Positions 28,177-38,704 of a stretch of DNA of 64,000 bases are shown piece after piece. Numbering within the stretch: the stretch's first letter is position 1; each line of letters starts with the position of its first letter. The notes below the pieces were generated by a model. That model was not told the origin of the DNA. It ran no database searches and was given only the letters and a program-made list of their open reading frames with translations. The DNA comes from Pseudomonadota bacterium (GTDB taxonomy: Bacteria > Pseudomonadota > Alphaproteobacteria > Rhodobacterales > Rhodobacteraceae). The translations under genes and the position numbers were made by a program. The DNA lies in assembly GCA_039821425.1 (NCBI GenBank), contig JBCBOD010000006.1, positions 302 through 64,301 of the forward strand. Direction: 5' to 3'.

Positions 28177-29336
28177 GCGGCGAGGTCGTCCACAAGCCGG
28201 GCGATAAACGCCTCACCCTTCTGGAACTGATCGACCGAGATAAACTCGTTGGGCTGATGCGCCTGCGCAATGTCACCGGGGCCACAAATGACAGCGGAAT
28301 AACCGCGTTCCTGAAACTGGCCCGCCTCGGTGCCGTAGCTGACAACCTCACGCGCGTTCTCTCCTGTCAGCTTGCGCACCAGCGCCTCTGCGCTGCCATC
28401 GGTTTCGGGGACAAGGCCGGGGACGTGGAAATATTGCTCGGCGCTGATCCCCGCCTGTGGCCGGATCGCTTTCATCTCGGCCTCGATCTCGGACAGCTTT
28501 GCCTGAAAACGGGCCTGCCATTCGGCTATATCCTCGCCCGGGACGATGCGGAAATCGAAGCCGAAATGGCAATCCTTGGCGGTGATATTGTGCGCGGTGC
28601 CACCCTGGATCGTGCCCACATGCAGCGTCGTATAGGGCGGGTCAAAATCGGCGGCGAGTTCGCTGGGTGTCTTTGCCGCGTTTTCCGCGTTCACCTCGTT
28701 CGCCCAGTTGATCAGCTTGGCGGCCATCATGATCGCACTGACGCCATAGGGCGCGAGTGAGGAATGCACCTCAAACCCGTGAAAGTGCATTTTGTATCCG
28801 ATGCCGCCCTTGTGGCCAGTGACAACCTTCATCATCGAAGGCTCCCCCACCAGCACGGTGTCGGCGCGCAGCATCCCGTGGCTGACCATGTGGTCGATCA
28901 TTGGCGGCGCGCCAGTGCATCCGACCTCTTCATCATAGCTGAGGGCGATCTGCAGGGGGCGTTTGATCCCACGCTCCAGCGCCAGTGGAACGGCGGACAG
29001 CGCCAGCGCATCAAAACCTTTCATGTCACAGGTCCCGCGCCCGTAAAGCCGCCCGCCCTTTTGGGTCACGACAAACGGGTCAGTGTCCCACGCCTGCCCA
29101 TCAACGGGCACGACATCCGTATGGCCCGAGAGCACAACGCCGCCATCCACCTCTGGCCCAACGTGGGAATAGAGCGCGGCCTTGGTGCCATCCTCGTTCG
29201 GGACGCGGACGGATTTGACGCCGTAGCCGTCAAGGTAGTCTTCCACGAAATCAATCAGGTCGAGGTTGCTATCACGGCTGACCGTCGGAAATCCGACCAA
29301 ACGATCAAGCAGGTCGCGGGCGGAAAGCTGGCTCAT
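28173..29336 (-). CDS. ArgE/DapE-type M20 deacylase (acetylornithine deacetylase-like)
   Basis: LSGHTDVVPV...W..DPF...LYGRGTCDMKGF motifs. ATGA overlap with the ABC ATPase gene. Confidence 0.78.
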   Translation of the reverse strand: MSQLSARDLLDRLVGFPTVSRDSNLDLIDFVEDYLDGYGVKSVRVPNEDGTKAALYSHVGPEVDGGVVLSGHTDVVPVDGQAWDTDPFVVTQKGGRLYGRGTCDMKGFDALALSAVPLALERGIKRPLQIALSYDEEVGCTGAPPMIDHMVSHGMLRADTVLVGEPSMMKVVTGHKGGIGYKMHFHGFEVHSSLAPYGVSAIMMAAKLINWANEVNAENAAKTPSELAADFDPPYTTLHVGTIQGGTAHNITAKDCHFGFDFRIVPGEDIAEWQARFQAKLSEIEAEMKAIRPQAGISAEQYFHVPGLVPETDGSAEALVRKLTGENAREVVSYGTEAGQFQERGYSAVICGPGDIAQAHQPNEFISVDQFQKGEAFIARLVDDLAA

Positions 29337-31153
29337 ACCGCGACGTCCTCTATGACGAAGTGTTCCGGGCCAACCTCGGTGTAGCGCGAAGGGATCGGAT
29401 CGTAATCCAAAGGATGGATCGGTGATGGAATGGGTGAGAAATCAAGATCATGTGTCAGCTTGCGCTCACGTGGGTTCGCAACCGGCACGGCTGACAACAG
29501 CCGCTTGGTATAGCTGTGCTGCGGATTCTCGAAGATCGCTTTGCGCGGCCCCATCTCAACAATCCGGCCAAGATACATGACACCGACGTTATGGCTGACG
29601 CGTTCCACCACGGCCATGTCATGACTGATGAAGAGGAAGGAAATCCCAAGATCGGCCTGTAGCTCCATCATCAGGTTCAGCACCTGCGCTTGCACGCTCA
29701 CGTCCAGCGCGCTCACCGCCTCATCCGCGACAATCAGCTTGGGGTTCAGCGCGAGTGCACGGGCAATCGCGACCCGCTGCCGCTGTCCGCCGGACAATTC
29801 ATGTGGATAGCGTTTGAGGAAACTGCGTGGCAGTTCCACGCGGTCAAAGAGCTTGGCAACCCTGCTGTCCCGTTCCGCAGCAGAGGTGACACCGAAATTG
29901 ATCAATGGTTCCGCCACCTGATCGGCCAGCACCATCTGCGGGTTGAGCGAGGCAAAAGGATCTTGAAACACCATCTGCATGTCACGGCGTGCGTCGCGCA
30001 ATGCCCTTTGATCCAGCGCACGGATATCCTTGCCGTCGATCATGATCCGCCCTTCTGTCGGCTCCACCAATCGCAGGATAGAGCGGCCACAGGTCGATTT
30101 TCCGCAACCCGACTCGCCCACTAGCGAAAGGGTGCGGCCTTTTTTGAGCGTGAAACTGACGTCCTCCACCGCGTGCACCCGTGCCACGGTGCGACGCAAA
30201 AGCCCGCCTTTGACGTCAAAGCGCGTGGTCAGGCCCTTCACGTCCAAAAGGACCTCATCCGTGCCCAGGATAGGATCGGTCGACGTCTCACTGCCATCCA
30301 TCAGGCGGAGCGGCACAGGGTAATCAGTGCCTGACATTTCCCCAAGGCGTGGCACGGCAGCAAGCAGGGATTTTGTGTAGGGATGCTGCGGGTTCTCGAA
30401 AATCTCGGTGACGGTGCCTTCTTCCACCTTTTCGCCACGGAACATCACGACGACACGGTCGGCGATCTGGGCGACAACGGCCATGTCATGGGTGATAAAC
30501 ATCACGGCGGTGCCGGTTTCCCGCTTCAAGCGGTCGATCAGCGCCAGGATTTCGGCCTGAATGGTCACATCGAGCGCGGTTGTCGGCTCATCCGCGATCA
30601 GAAGGCGCGGCTGGCAGGCCAGCGCCATGGCGATCACGACGCGCTGGCGCATGCCACCGGAAAGCTCGTGCGGGTACTGATCCAAACGGCGCTCGGGTTC
30701 AGGGATCCGAACCTGGCGCAAAAGCTCAATCGCCGCTTTCCGCGCCTCTGCCTTGCTCATGCCTTTGTGGCGGATCAAACCCTCGCTCAGCTGCATGCCC
30801 AGCGTGAAGACAGGGTTGAGCGAGGTCATCGGCTCTTGAAAGATCATGCCAATTTCATTGCCGCGCATATCCTGCATGGCCTCATCGGAGCGCTTGGCCA
30901 AATCTTCGGTCAGGCCATCCTTATGCTCAAAATTCAGGCAACCATTCATGATTTGGCCGCCGCCGTAGCCAACAAGACGCATCAGTGAGAGCGACGTGAC
31001 AGACTTCCCAGACCCACTTTCACCGACCACACAGACGGTTTCACCCGGTTTGATTTCTATCGAAACGTCTTTGACAGCGACGACTCGCCCACCTTTCGTG
31101 GGGAATTCCACCCGTAAATTCTTGATATCTGCGATTGGTTTCGCGTCGAGCAT
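29333..31153 (-). CDS. fused double ATP-binding protein of a peptide/opine-type ABC transporter
   Basis: ORF 29333..31237 with an internal ATG at 31153. Two Walker A sites ([17 protein letters not shown]) and two LSGG(M/Q)RQR signatures. Confidence 0.85.
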   Translation of the reverse strand: MLDAKPIADIKNLRVEFPTKGGRVVAVKDVSIEIKPGETVCVVGESGSGKSVTSLSLMRLVGYGGGQIMNGCLNFEHKDGLTEDLAKRSDEAMQDMRGNEIGMIFQEPMTSLNPVFTLGMQLSEGLIRHKGMSKAEARKAAIELLRQVRIPEPERRLDQYPHELSGGMRQRVVIAMALACQPRLLIADEPTTALDVTIQAEILALIDRLKRETGTAVMFITHDMAVVAQIADRVVVMFRGEKVEEGTVTEIFENPQHPYTKSLLAAVPRLGEMSGTDYPVPLRLMDGSETSTDPILGTDEVLLDVKGLTTRFDVKGGLLRRTVARVHAVEDVSFTLKKGRTLSLVGESGCGKSTCGRSILRLVEPTEGRIMIDGKDIRALDQRALRDARRDMQMVFQDPFASLNPQMVLADQVAEPLINFGVTSAAERDSRVAKLFDRVELPRSFLKRYPHELSGGQRQRVAIARALALNPKLIVADEAVSALDVSVQAQVLNLMMELQADLGISFLFISHDMAVVERVSHNVGVMYLGRIVEMGPRKAIFENPQHSYTKRLLSAVPVANPRERKLTHDLDFSPIPSPIHPLDYDPIPSRYTEVGPEHFVIEDVAV

Positions 31154-31417
31154 GGTCTGTCCTTTGCTGCCGCTCACAGGCTGGCAAGCCCGGGTCAAAC
31201 TGTCAAACGCCGATTGCGCGGCCGGCAGTTGCCGCAAGAGAACCTGATTTCACAAAGCTTGCAATCTTTTGGAATCGCCGCTTCTATCAATGACATGGTG
31301 GCCTGGGCGGTCACGCAAACGGGCAAGACCGGGGCGCGAAACTGACATTTCAGGGCACACCAGACAAAAGCCAGCCACATCAAAGGACTGGCAAATGACC
31401 AACAAGGAGACCTGAGA

Positions 31418-33142
31418 ATGAAACTCAAGACAGCCCTGATGGGCGCTGTTGCGACGATGGCTTTTGCGCCGCTGGCTTATGCCGACGCGCATGAAGGCGA
31501 ACGTGGCCGCGACGGCGAAGTCAAAATCATCTATTGGCAGGCGCCATCGATCCTGAACCCCTATCTGTCAGGCGGTACGAAGGATATCGAGTCCGCCTCT
31601 CTCGTGATTGAGCCTTTGGCCCGCTACAACACCGTGGGTGAGCTGGTGCCTTGGCTGGTCGATGAAGTACCGACCGTTGCGAACGGTGGCGTGTCCGAAG
31701 ATCTGACCTCGATCACCTGGAAGATTACCGAAGGTATCCTGTGGTCCGACGGCACACCATTCACCTCTGCCGACGTGAAATTCACCTACGAATACTGCAC
31801 CGATCCGGAATCGGGCTGCGCGCAGCTGACGAAGTATGAAGGCGTCGAGTCAGTCGAAACGCCTGATGATCTGACCGTCGTGGTCAACTTCAGCCAGCCG
31901 ACACCTTTCCCCTATGGCCCGTTCGTGGGCGGAGAAGCGCCGATCATCCAGGCTGCACAATTTGCTGAGTGCATGGGCGCCCGCGCGCCGGAGTGCACGG
32001 ACGAAAACTTTGGCCCCATCGGCACTGGCCCCTTCGTTGTGACGGAATTCCGCACCAACGACGTGATCCAGCTGGTCGCCAACGAAAACTACCGTGACCC
32101 GAACAAGCCTGCGTTCGCCTCTGTGACCTTCAAAGGCGGCGGTGACGCAACGGCTGCTGGCCGCGCCGTGATGGAAACAGGCGAGTTCGACTACGCATGG
32201 AACCTGCAGCTCGCACCCGACGTGATCGCCAGCATGCAAGAGGGCGGCCTGGGCACACCTGTGGCTGGCTTCGGCCCGCTGGTTGAACGCATCATGCTGA
32301 ACCAGACGAACCCTGACCCGGCACTTGGGCCAGACGAACGCTCTGTCATCCGTCCGCACCCCTTCCTGGGCGACCCGGCAGTCTATAAAGCCATGTCCAT
32401 GGCCATCGACCGCCCATTGCTGGTGGAAATCGGCTATGGTCAAGCCGGTCGGGTGACCTGCAACTGGGTGCCTGCGCCTGCTGCGGTGAACTCTGACACC
32501 TTCTCTTGCGACACGCAGGATATCGCCGGTGCCAACGCCATGCTGGATGCCGCAGGTTACATGGACACCGACGGTGACGGCGTGCGCGAAACACCTGATG
32601 GCGTGCCAATGGCGATCCTCTACCAGACATCCACCAACGCCGTGCGTCAGGACTTCCAGGCGCTGATCAAGGAATGGTGGAGCGAGATCGGGATTGACGC
32701 CGAACTGCGCAACATCGATGCCTCTGTGTTCTTTGGTGGCGACCCAGGTTCGCCTGACACCTTCCAGAAGTTCTATGCAGACGTGGAAATGTACGCCAAC
32801 ACCTTCAACGGGACCGATCCGCAGGCCTACCTCGGCAACGGTCTTTGCGACAAGGCGCCAAGCCCGGCAACGCAGTGGCAGGGTGAGAACATCAGCCGCT
32901 TCTGCAACGAAGAGTACGATTCACTCTATGCAGAGCTGACCACGACCGCTGACGCGGATGAGCGTGCAGCCATCGCCCGTCGCCTGAACGACATCATGGT
33001 TGAGAACGGCGGGATGATCCCGCTGGTGCACCGTGGCCGTCTTTCTGCCCATGCCAACAGCCTGGGTGGCATCGACCTGAACGTCTGGGACAGTGAGCTT
33101 TGGAACATCGCTGACTGGTACCGGACTGGCGACAACCGCTAA
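31418..33142 (+). CDS. family-5 (peptide/nickel/opine) ABC substrate-binding protein
   Basis: AAGGAGA RBS, signal MKLKTALMGAVATMAFAPLAYA, 574 aa, followed by DppB/DppC-type permeases. Confidence 0.82.
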   Translation: MKLKTALMGAVATMAFAPLAYADAHEGERGRDGEVKIIYWQAPSILNPYLSGGTKDIESASLVIEPLARYNTVGELVPWLVDEVPTVANGGVSEDLTSITWKITEGILWSDGTPFTSADVKFTYEYCTDPESGCAQLTKYEGVESVETPDDLTVVVNFSQPTPFPYGPFVGGEAPIIQAAQFAECMGARAPECTDENFGPIGTGPFVVTEFRTNDVIQLVANENYRDPNKPAFASVTFKGGGDATAAGRAVMETGEFDYAWNLQLAPDVIASMQEGGLGTPVAGFGPLVERIMLNQTNPDPALGPDERSVIRPHPFLGDPAVYKAMSMAIDRPLLVEIGYGQAGRVTCNWVPAPAAVNSDTFSCDTQDIAGANAMLDAAGYMDTDGDGVRETPDGVPMAILYQTSTNAVRQDFQALIKEWWSEIGIDAELRNIDASVFFGGDPGSPDTFQKFYADVEMYANTFNGTDPQAYLGNGLCDKAPSPATQWQGENISRFCNEEYDSLYAELTTTADADERAAIARRLNDIMVENGGMIPLVHRGRLSAHANSLGGIDLNVWDSELWNIADWYRTGDNR

Positions 33143-33150
33143 GTGAACCA

Positions 33151-33180
33151 CCCCGCTCCGGGCGTTTGCCCGGGGCGGGG
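33151..33180 (+). other. strong intercistronic GC hairpin after the binding-protein gene
   Basis: ccccgctccgggc-gttt-gcccggggcgggg (13 bp with one G-U). It starts 9 nt after the stop and lies 38 nt before the permease ATG. Confidence 0.6.
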
Positions 33181-33217
33181 CAATACCACGAAAAAACGCT
33201 GACCTAAGGCGCCGCTT

Positions 33218-34225
33218 ATGCTCAACTACACCATCCGTAGATTGGTCCTGTCGATCCCGACGCTTTTGTTCATCGCTTTGGTGATCTTTCTTCTTTTGGA
33301 ACTGGCCCCGGGTGACCCCATGGGGCAAATGCCCCTGACGATCCCTGACGACGTCAAACAACGTATGCGCGAAGCACTCGGGCTGGGGGAGCCTTGGTAT
33401 ACCCGCTTTTATCTCTGGCTCTATCAGTTCTTCATCGTCGAACCGCAGTACTGGATCGACGGCATTTTCGGTACGAACTTCGCCGACGGCGCCCAGCGCA
33501 TCATCAGCTTCCAATCGCGCAGCCCCGTCTTTGACACCATTGCAGAGCGTCTGCCACAGACACTTTGGGTTGTGGGCATGTCCTATGTCGTTGGCGTGGC
33601 CATCGCCCTGCCCATCGGGATTATCAGCGCCTACAAGCAGTATTCCGTCTTTGATCAGGCGGGCACCTTCGTCAGCATGATCGGCTTTTCCGTTCCGCCC
33701 TTCTTTTCCGGCGTGCTGGTCATCGTGATCTTCTCGGTCCAGCTGGGTTGGTTGCCGTCGATCTATGACACCACGCATGAGGTGGTGGATTGGGAGACGT
33801 TCAAGTTCCAGCTGCAGCAGATGATCATGCCGGTGATGGTGCTGGCACTGCAGACCACCGCTCAGGTCAGCCGCTACATGCGCGCCTCGATGCTCGACAA
33901 CCTCGGGCAGGATTACGTGCGCACCGCGCGCGCCAAGGGCATGAAGGAAAGCGTTGTGGTGATGAAGCACGTGCTGCGCAACTCCATGATCCCGGTGATC
34001 ACGGTCATCGCGCTGGGCATCCCCAACATCTTCGGCGGCGCGATTATCACGGAGCAGGTGTTCAAGGTGAACGGGCTTGGCCAGATTTTGATCATCGCGC
34101 TGCAGGGTTCTGACATCCCGATGGTGATGACGATCACCTTCCTTCTGGCGGTGCTGATTGTTCTGATGAACCTGGTGGCCGACATTCTTTACGGCGTGCT
34201 TGATCCGAGGATCCGCTATGACTGA
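33218..34225 (+). CDS. ABC transporter permease (DppB/OppB type)
   Basis: MLNYTIRRL...P.L..I..V.F N-terminus typical of the family. Multi-pass. Confidence 0.85.
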   Translation: MLNYTIRRLVLSIPTLLFIALVIFLLLELAPGDPMGQMPLTIPDDVKQRMREALGLGEPWYTRFYLWLYQFFIVEPQYWIDGIFGTNFADGAQRIISFQSRSPVFDTIAERLPQTLWVVGMSYVVGVAIALPIGIISAYKQYSVFDQAGTFVSMIGFSVPPFFSGVLVIVIFSVQLGWLPSIYDTTHEVVDWETFKFQLQQMIMPVMVLALQTTAQVSRYMRASMLDNLGQDYVRTARAKGMKESVVVMKHVLRNSMIPVITVIALGIPNIFGGAIITEQVFKVNGLGQILIIALQGSDIPMVMTITFLLAVLIVLMNLVADILYGVLDPRIRYD

Positions 34226-35177
34226 TACCGCAAGCGCACCGCAGCAGGCCGAAGGCGCCAGCGAAGCCCGCAGCCAGTGGTGGGACATCTGGGAGCAGTT
34301 CCGCAGCCACAAAGGTGCGATGGCCGGGCTGATCTTCCTGACGTTCATCACGCTTTTCTGCGCGGTTGGACCACTGATCTGGGACGTGGATCCTGGCAAG
34401 CTCGACATCCGCAACAAGGACGTCCGCCCGATCTACACCGCGATCTGGGACGGGGACGCAAAGGTAAGCTGGGCACGGCCCATGGGCACCGACCACCTTG
34501 GCCGCGATATTATGGCGAATATCATGCAAGGCGGGCGGAGTTCGCTTGCCGTAGGCTGGACGGCGATGGTTCTCACCATCCTGATCGGGACACTGGTGGG
34601 GGTGCTTGCAGGCTACTTCAAACGGCTCGACTGGCCGCTGATGCGCTTCACCGATCTGGTGTTGGCGCTGCCACTCTTGCCGCTTCTTCTGGTGATGATG
34701 CTGCTCTTCCGCGATCCGTTACGCGCTGCCTTCGGGCCGGAGAACGGGATATTCATCCTGATCGTTGTGGGGATCGGGATCACATCGTGGATGCAGACTG
34801 CGCGGATCGTGCGTGGTGATGTCATGGCGTTGAAAGAGCGGGAGTTCGTGCTCGCCGCCCGCTCCATCGGGACACCGCCCAGCAAGATGATCACGCGGCA
34901 CCTTTTGCCGAACGTGCTATCGCCGATCATGGTGTCGGCCACCCTCGGCCTCGCCACGGCGATCATCACCGAAAGCGCACTCTCTTTCCTTGGCCTCGGC
35001 TTCCCGTCCGACTTCCCCACCTGGGGCAAGATCCTGTTTGACAGCGTGGACCGGATGACAGCCTTCCCAGAACGCGTGCTGTGGCCCGGCCTTGCGATCT
35101 CGCTCACGGTTCTCGCGGTGAACTACATCGGTGACGGGCTGCGTGATGCGCTCGATCCCAAGATCCGGGGGCAGTAG
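34218..35177 (+). CDS. ABC transporter permease (DppC/OppC type)
   Basis: ATG at 34218 overlaps the end of the previous gene. HLLGTD-like GTDHLGRD motif and an EAA-type loop. Confidence 0.85.
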   Translation: MTDTASAPQQAEGASEARSQWWDIWEQFRSHKGAMAGLIFLTFITLFCAVGPLIWDVDPGKLDIRNKDVRPIYTAIWDGDAKVSWARPMGTDHLGRDIMANIMQGGRSSLAVGWTAMVLTILIGTLVGVLAGYFKRLDWPLMRFTDLVLALPLLPLLLVMMLLFRDPLRAAFGPENGIFILIVVGIGITSWMQTARIVRGDVMALKEREFVLAARSIGTPPSKMITRHLLPNVLSPIMVSATLGLATAIITESALSFLGLGFPSDFPTWGKILFDSVDRMTAFPERVLWPGLAISLTVLAVNYIGDGLRDALDPKIRGQ

Positions 35178-35210
35178 CACCGCTCACTTAGCCCTATCAG
35201 GAGACCAGCA

Positions 35211-35429
35211 ATGCCCTTGATTGATATCCATGTGCTTGAAGGCGTCTTTAGCGCAGAAGAGAAGGCGCGGATCATCAAGGCCACGGCAGAGGCATTTGGG
35301 TCAGTCGCCGGGCAGGCCATGCAGAACAACACTTCTGTCCGGGTGCATGAGGTCAAAAGCGGCGATTGGGGCGGCGCGCAAAGTGTCTGGACGACGGAAA
35401 AGGCGCTCGCGCTCAAGCACGAAGGCTGA
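35211..35429 (+). CDS. 4-oxalocrotonate tautomerase-family protein
   Basis: 72 aa with MPLIDIHV (catalytic Pro-1 pattern). Confidence 0.7.
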   Translation: MPLIDIHVLEGVFSAEEKARIIKATAEAFGSVAGQAMQNNTSVRVHEVKSGDWGGAQSVWTTEKALALKHEG

Positions 35430-35437
35430 AATGAAAA

Positions 35438-35490
35438 GCCCCGCACGAGTTGTGCGGGGCTCTATCGCTTAGGTGGGTCGAGACCCACCT
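35438..35490. terminator. two tandem hairpins between convergent operons
   Basis: gccccgcac-gagtt-gtgcggggc (35438-35460) and aggtgggt-cgag-acccacct (35471-35490), between the tautomerase stop and the pntB stop. Confidence 0.6.
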
Positions 35491-35500
35491 TACATTCTGA

Positions 35501-37018
35501 TCAGTCGATCTTTGGCAGCAGCGCATCAAGCGAGGCTTTCGCATCCCCATAGAACATCCGCGTATTCTCTTTGTAGAAGAGCGGGTTTTCGATGCCCGAA
35601 TACCCCGTCCCCTGCCCGCGCTTGGACACAAAGACCTGTTTCGCCTTCCAGCATTCTAACACCGGCATGCCAGCGATGGGGCTGTTGGGATCATCCTGTG
35701 CGGCCGGGTTCACGATGTCATTCGAGCCGATGACGATGGCGACGTCGGTCTCCGGGAAGTCCTCGTTGATCTCATCCATCTCCAGCACGATGTCATATGG
35801 CACCTTGGCCTCGGCCAGCAGTACATTCATGTGCCCGGGCAGACGCCCCGCAACGGGGTGGATCGCGAAGCGGACGTTCTTGCCTTTGGCGCGCAACTTC
35901 TTCACCAGCTCGCTGACTGCGTTCTGCGCCTGTGCCACGGCCATCCCGTAGCCGGGGATGATGATGACGCTGTCGGCTTCGTTTAGCGCCGTGGCCACGC
36001 CATCGGCATCTATCGCCACTTGCTCACCTTCCACGGCCATCTGCTCACCCGCCGGGCCGCCGAAGCCGCCGAGGATGACGCTGATGAAGCTGCGGTTCAT
36101 CGCCTTGCACATGATGTAGGACAGGATCGCACCGGAGGAGCCGACGAGCGCACCGACCACGATCAACAGGTCATTGCCGAGCGAGAAACCAATCGCCGCA
36201 GCAGCCCAGCCGGAATAGCTGTTCAGCATCGACACAACGACGGGCATATCCGCGCCGCCGATCCCCATGATCAGGTGATAGCCGATGAAAAGACCGGCGA
36301 TTGTCAGCAGGACGAGGGCCCAAGAACCTGATCCGCCCAGATATGCAATCAGCAGAACAACGGACAGCGCCGCAGCGCCAGCATTCAGAAGATGCCCGCC
36401 GGGCAGCTTCTTTGCCCCCGTATCAACCTTGAACGGCAGCTTGCTGGAATTGCCCGCAAGCTTGGCATAGGCGATCACTGAGCCGGTGAACGTCACGGCA
36501 CCAATCCAGATGCCCAGCACCAGTTCGACCCGCAGGATGCCAATCTCGACGCTTGATTTCTTGGCAATCAACTGACCAAAGGATGACAGACCGTCATAGA
36601 TCTCTTTCGGCAGCCCCACTGCGGTAATGCCATCAGGCCCCACCGCGCCTAGAACCTGACCATTCTCGGCGTAAATGTTGCCGATGTAGTTGATCATAAT
36701 GTCCGCGTTGAAGCCCACAAAGACCGCCGCAAGACCCACGAGCGAGTGCATGATCGCCACAAGTTCGGGCATCTGTGTCATCTCGACCCGTGTGGCCAGC
36801 TGATAGCCCACCATGCCGCCCAGCCCGACCAGCAGGATCGACAGCAGCGCAAGGCCGGAGCCCGGCCCGATCAGCGTGGCAAACACCGCCAGAGCCATGC
36901 CCACGATACCGTACCAGACCGCCCGCTTTGCGCTTTCCTGCCCGGACAGTCCGCCCAGCGACAGGATGAAGAGAACACCAGCGACCACATAGGCCGCGAT
37001 TGTAAATGCGTTATCCAT
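35501..37018 (-). CDS. pntB: NAD(P) transhydrogenase subunit beta
   Basis: [26 protein letters not shown]-terminus. C-terminal [11 protein letters not shown] and [18 protein letters not shown] motifs. Confidence 0.93.
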   Translation of the reverse strand: MDNAFTIAAYVVAGVLFILSLGGLSGQESAKRAVWYGIVGMALAVFATLIGPGSGLALLSILLVGLGGMVGYQLATRVEMTQMPELVAIMHSLVGLAAVFVGFNADIMINYIGNIYAENGQVLGAVGPDGITAVGLPKEIYDGLSSFGQLIAKKSSVEIGILRVELVLGIWIGAVTFTGSVIAYAKLAGNSSKLPFKVDTGAKKLPGGHLLNAGAAALSVVLLIAYLGGSGSWALVLLTIAGLFIGYHLIMGIGGADMPVVVSMLNSYSGWAAAAIGFSLGNDLLIVVGALVGSSGAILSYIMCKAMNRSFISVILGGFGGPAGEQMAVEGEQVAIDADGVATALNEADSVIIIPGYGMAVAQAQNAVSELVKKLRAKGKNVRFAIHPVAGRLPGHMNVLLAEAKVPYDIVLEMDEINEDFPETDVAIVIGSNDIVNPAAQDDPNSPIAGMPVLECWKAKQVFVSKRGQGTGYSGIENPLFYKENTRMFYGDAKASLDALLPKID

Positions 37019-37030
37019 TGCCCTGCCCCT

Positions 37031-38611
37031 TTAGGATTTCTGGAACATGGCGAGCATGCGCCGTGTCACGAGGAAGCCGCCGAAGATGTTGACCGCTGCC
37101 ATAAAAATACCGAGTGCCGCCAAAAGCGTGATCAGCACGCTGGTCGATCCAATCTGGATCAGCGCACCCAGAATGATGATCGACGAAATCGCGTTCGTCA
37201 CAGCCATCAGCGGCGTGTGCAGCGAGTGTGCGACGTTCCAGATCACCTGGAAGCCGATAAAGACAGAGAGCACGAAAACGATGAAGTGCTGCATGAAGCT
37301 TGCAGGCATCCCGGGGATCATCCCGACCCCAAGGATCAGTGCAGCCCCGATGGCCAATAGCCCGACCTGATTGCGGGTTTCGGTTTTGAAGGCCGCCGCT
37401 TCCTGCGCGGCTTTCTCTTCCGCCGTCAGCTCCTTTGGCGCTTCCTTCTTTGGTTGCGCCGCAATCGCGGCCACCTTGGGTGGCGGCGGTGGGAAAGTGA
37501 TCTCGCCTTCATGCGTCGCCGTGGCCCCACGGATCACGTCATCTTCCATGTTGTGGACCGGCACGCCGTCTTTTTCGGGCGTGAGGTCCGACATCATGTG
37601 GCGGATGTTGGTGGCGTAGAGTGTGGAGGATTGCGCGGCCATCCGGCTTGGGAAGTCGGTGTAGCCTACAATCGTCACGCCATTGTCGGTGACGATTTTT
37701 TCGTCCTTCACGGTCAGCTTGCAGTTACCGCCGCGTTCCGCCGCGAGGTCCACGATAACAGAACCGGGCTTCATGCTTTCGACCATATCGGGGGTCCAAA
37801 GCTCTGGCGCGTCGCGGCCGGGGATCAGCGCGGTGGTGATCACGATGTCCATGTCGGGTGCCAGTTCCCGGAACTTGGCGAGCTGTGCAGCGGCGAACTC
37901 AGGCGAGGACACCGAGGCGTAGCCGCCGGTGGAGGACCCATCCTGCTGTTCTTCCTCAAAGTCCAGGAAGACGAACTCCGCCCCCATCGATTCAACCTGC
38001 TCGGCCACTTCGGGGCGCACGTCAAAGGCATAGGTGATCGCGCCCAGAGATGTGGCCGTGCCTATTGCGGCCAGACCGGCCACACCGGCGCCTACAACCA
38101 GCACCTTCGCGGGCGGCACCTTACCTGCAGCAGTCACCTGACCGGTGAAGAAGCGGCCAAAATTGTTGCCCGCTTCGATCACCGCGCGATAACCGGCGAT
38201 ATTCGCCATGGACGACAGCGCGTCCATCTTCTGCGCGCGGGAAATCCGCGGCACCATATCCATCGCGATGACGGTGGCGCCTTTCTTGTTGGCGGCCTCC
38301 ATCAGCGCTTCGTTTTGCGCAGGATAGAAGAAAGAGATCAGCGTCTGCCCTTCGCGCAGGCGTTTCACCTCCGCATCTTCAGGCGGGCGGACCTTCGCGA
38401 CGATGTCAGCGGCCTTGTAGAGGGCGGCAGCGGTCTTCACGACCTCAACGTCAGCGTCCTTATAGGCCTGATCAGTGAAGCCGGCGGGCACCCCTGCCCC
38501 GGTTTCGATCACGCAGTCGTAGCCCAGTTTCTGAAGCTCTTTCGCCGAGGCGGGAGTCATTGCGACCCGATCTTCGCCTGGGATTATCTCTTTCGGTGTA
38601 CCGATTTTCAC
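37031..38611 (-). CDS. pntA: NAD(P) transhydrogenase subunit alpha
   Basis: KIGTPKEI..GE.RVA.TP, VLVVGAGVAGLAAIG, and C-terminal membrane helices. I prefer the GTG at 38611 with GGGGGA upstream. The track uses a TTG at 38635. Confidence 0.9.
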   Translation of the reverse strand: MKIGTPKEIIPGEDRVAMTPASAKELQKLGYDCVIETGAGVPAGFTDQAYKDADVEVVKTAAALYKAADIVAKVRPPEDAEVKRLREGQTLISFFYPAQNEALMEAANKKGATVIAMDMVPRISRAQKMDALSSMANIAGYRAVIEAGNNFGRFFTGQVTAAGKVPPAKVLVVGAGVAGLAAIGTATSLGAITYAFDVRPEVAEQVESMGAEFVFLDFEEEQQDGSSTGGYASVSSPEFAAAQLAKFRELAPDMDIVITTALIPGRDAPELWTPDMVESMKPGSVIVDLAAERGGNCKLTVKDEKIVTDNGVTIVGYTDFPSRMAAQSSTLYATNIRHMMSDLTPEKDGVPVHNMEDDVIRGATATHEGEITFPPPPPKVAAIAAQPKKEAPKELTAEEKAAQEAAAFKTETRNQVGLLAIGAALILGVGMIPGMPASFMQHFIVFVLSVFIGFQVIWNVAHSLHTPLMAVTNAISSIIILGALIQIGSTSVLITLLAALGIFMAAVNIFGGFLVTRRMLAMFQKS

Positions 38612-38646
38612 GGACCATCCCCCGTTCTTTTGCAAGCTGCAGGTGC

Positions 38647-38680
38647 ATTATAGTGCGAAATTATATTTCACAAGGGAACG
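38647..38680 (-). promoter_or_regulatory. candidate sigma-70 promoter of pntAB in an AT-rich patch
   Basis: The minus strand reads cTTGTGAaatataatttcgcacTATAATgcacc. Perfect TATAAT about 35 nt upstream of the GTG start. The -35 is only TTGTGA with a short spacer. Confidence 0.4.
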
Positions 38681-38704
38681 CGCAGGCTTGTCATGCGCTA
38701 ACAG

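Noticed and set aside
32921-34417. 498-aa minus-strand ORF
   Set aside because: It lies antisense to the end of the binding-protein gene and the DppB-type permease. Its His/Asp/Arg-rich composition makes it a shadow ORF.
37454-38653. 399-aa plus-strand ORF
   Set aside because: It lies antisense to pntA, which is unambiguous. The translation is Arg/Gly/His-rich and non-protein-like.
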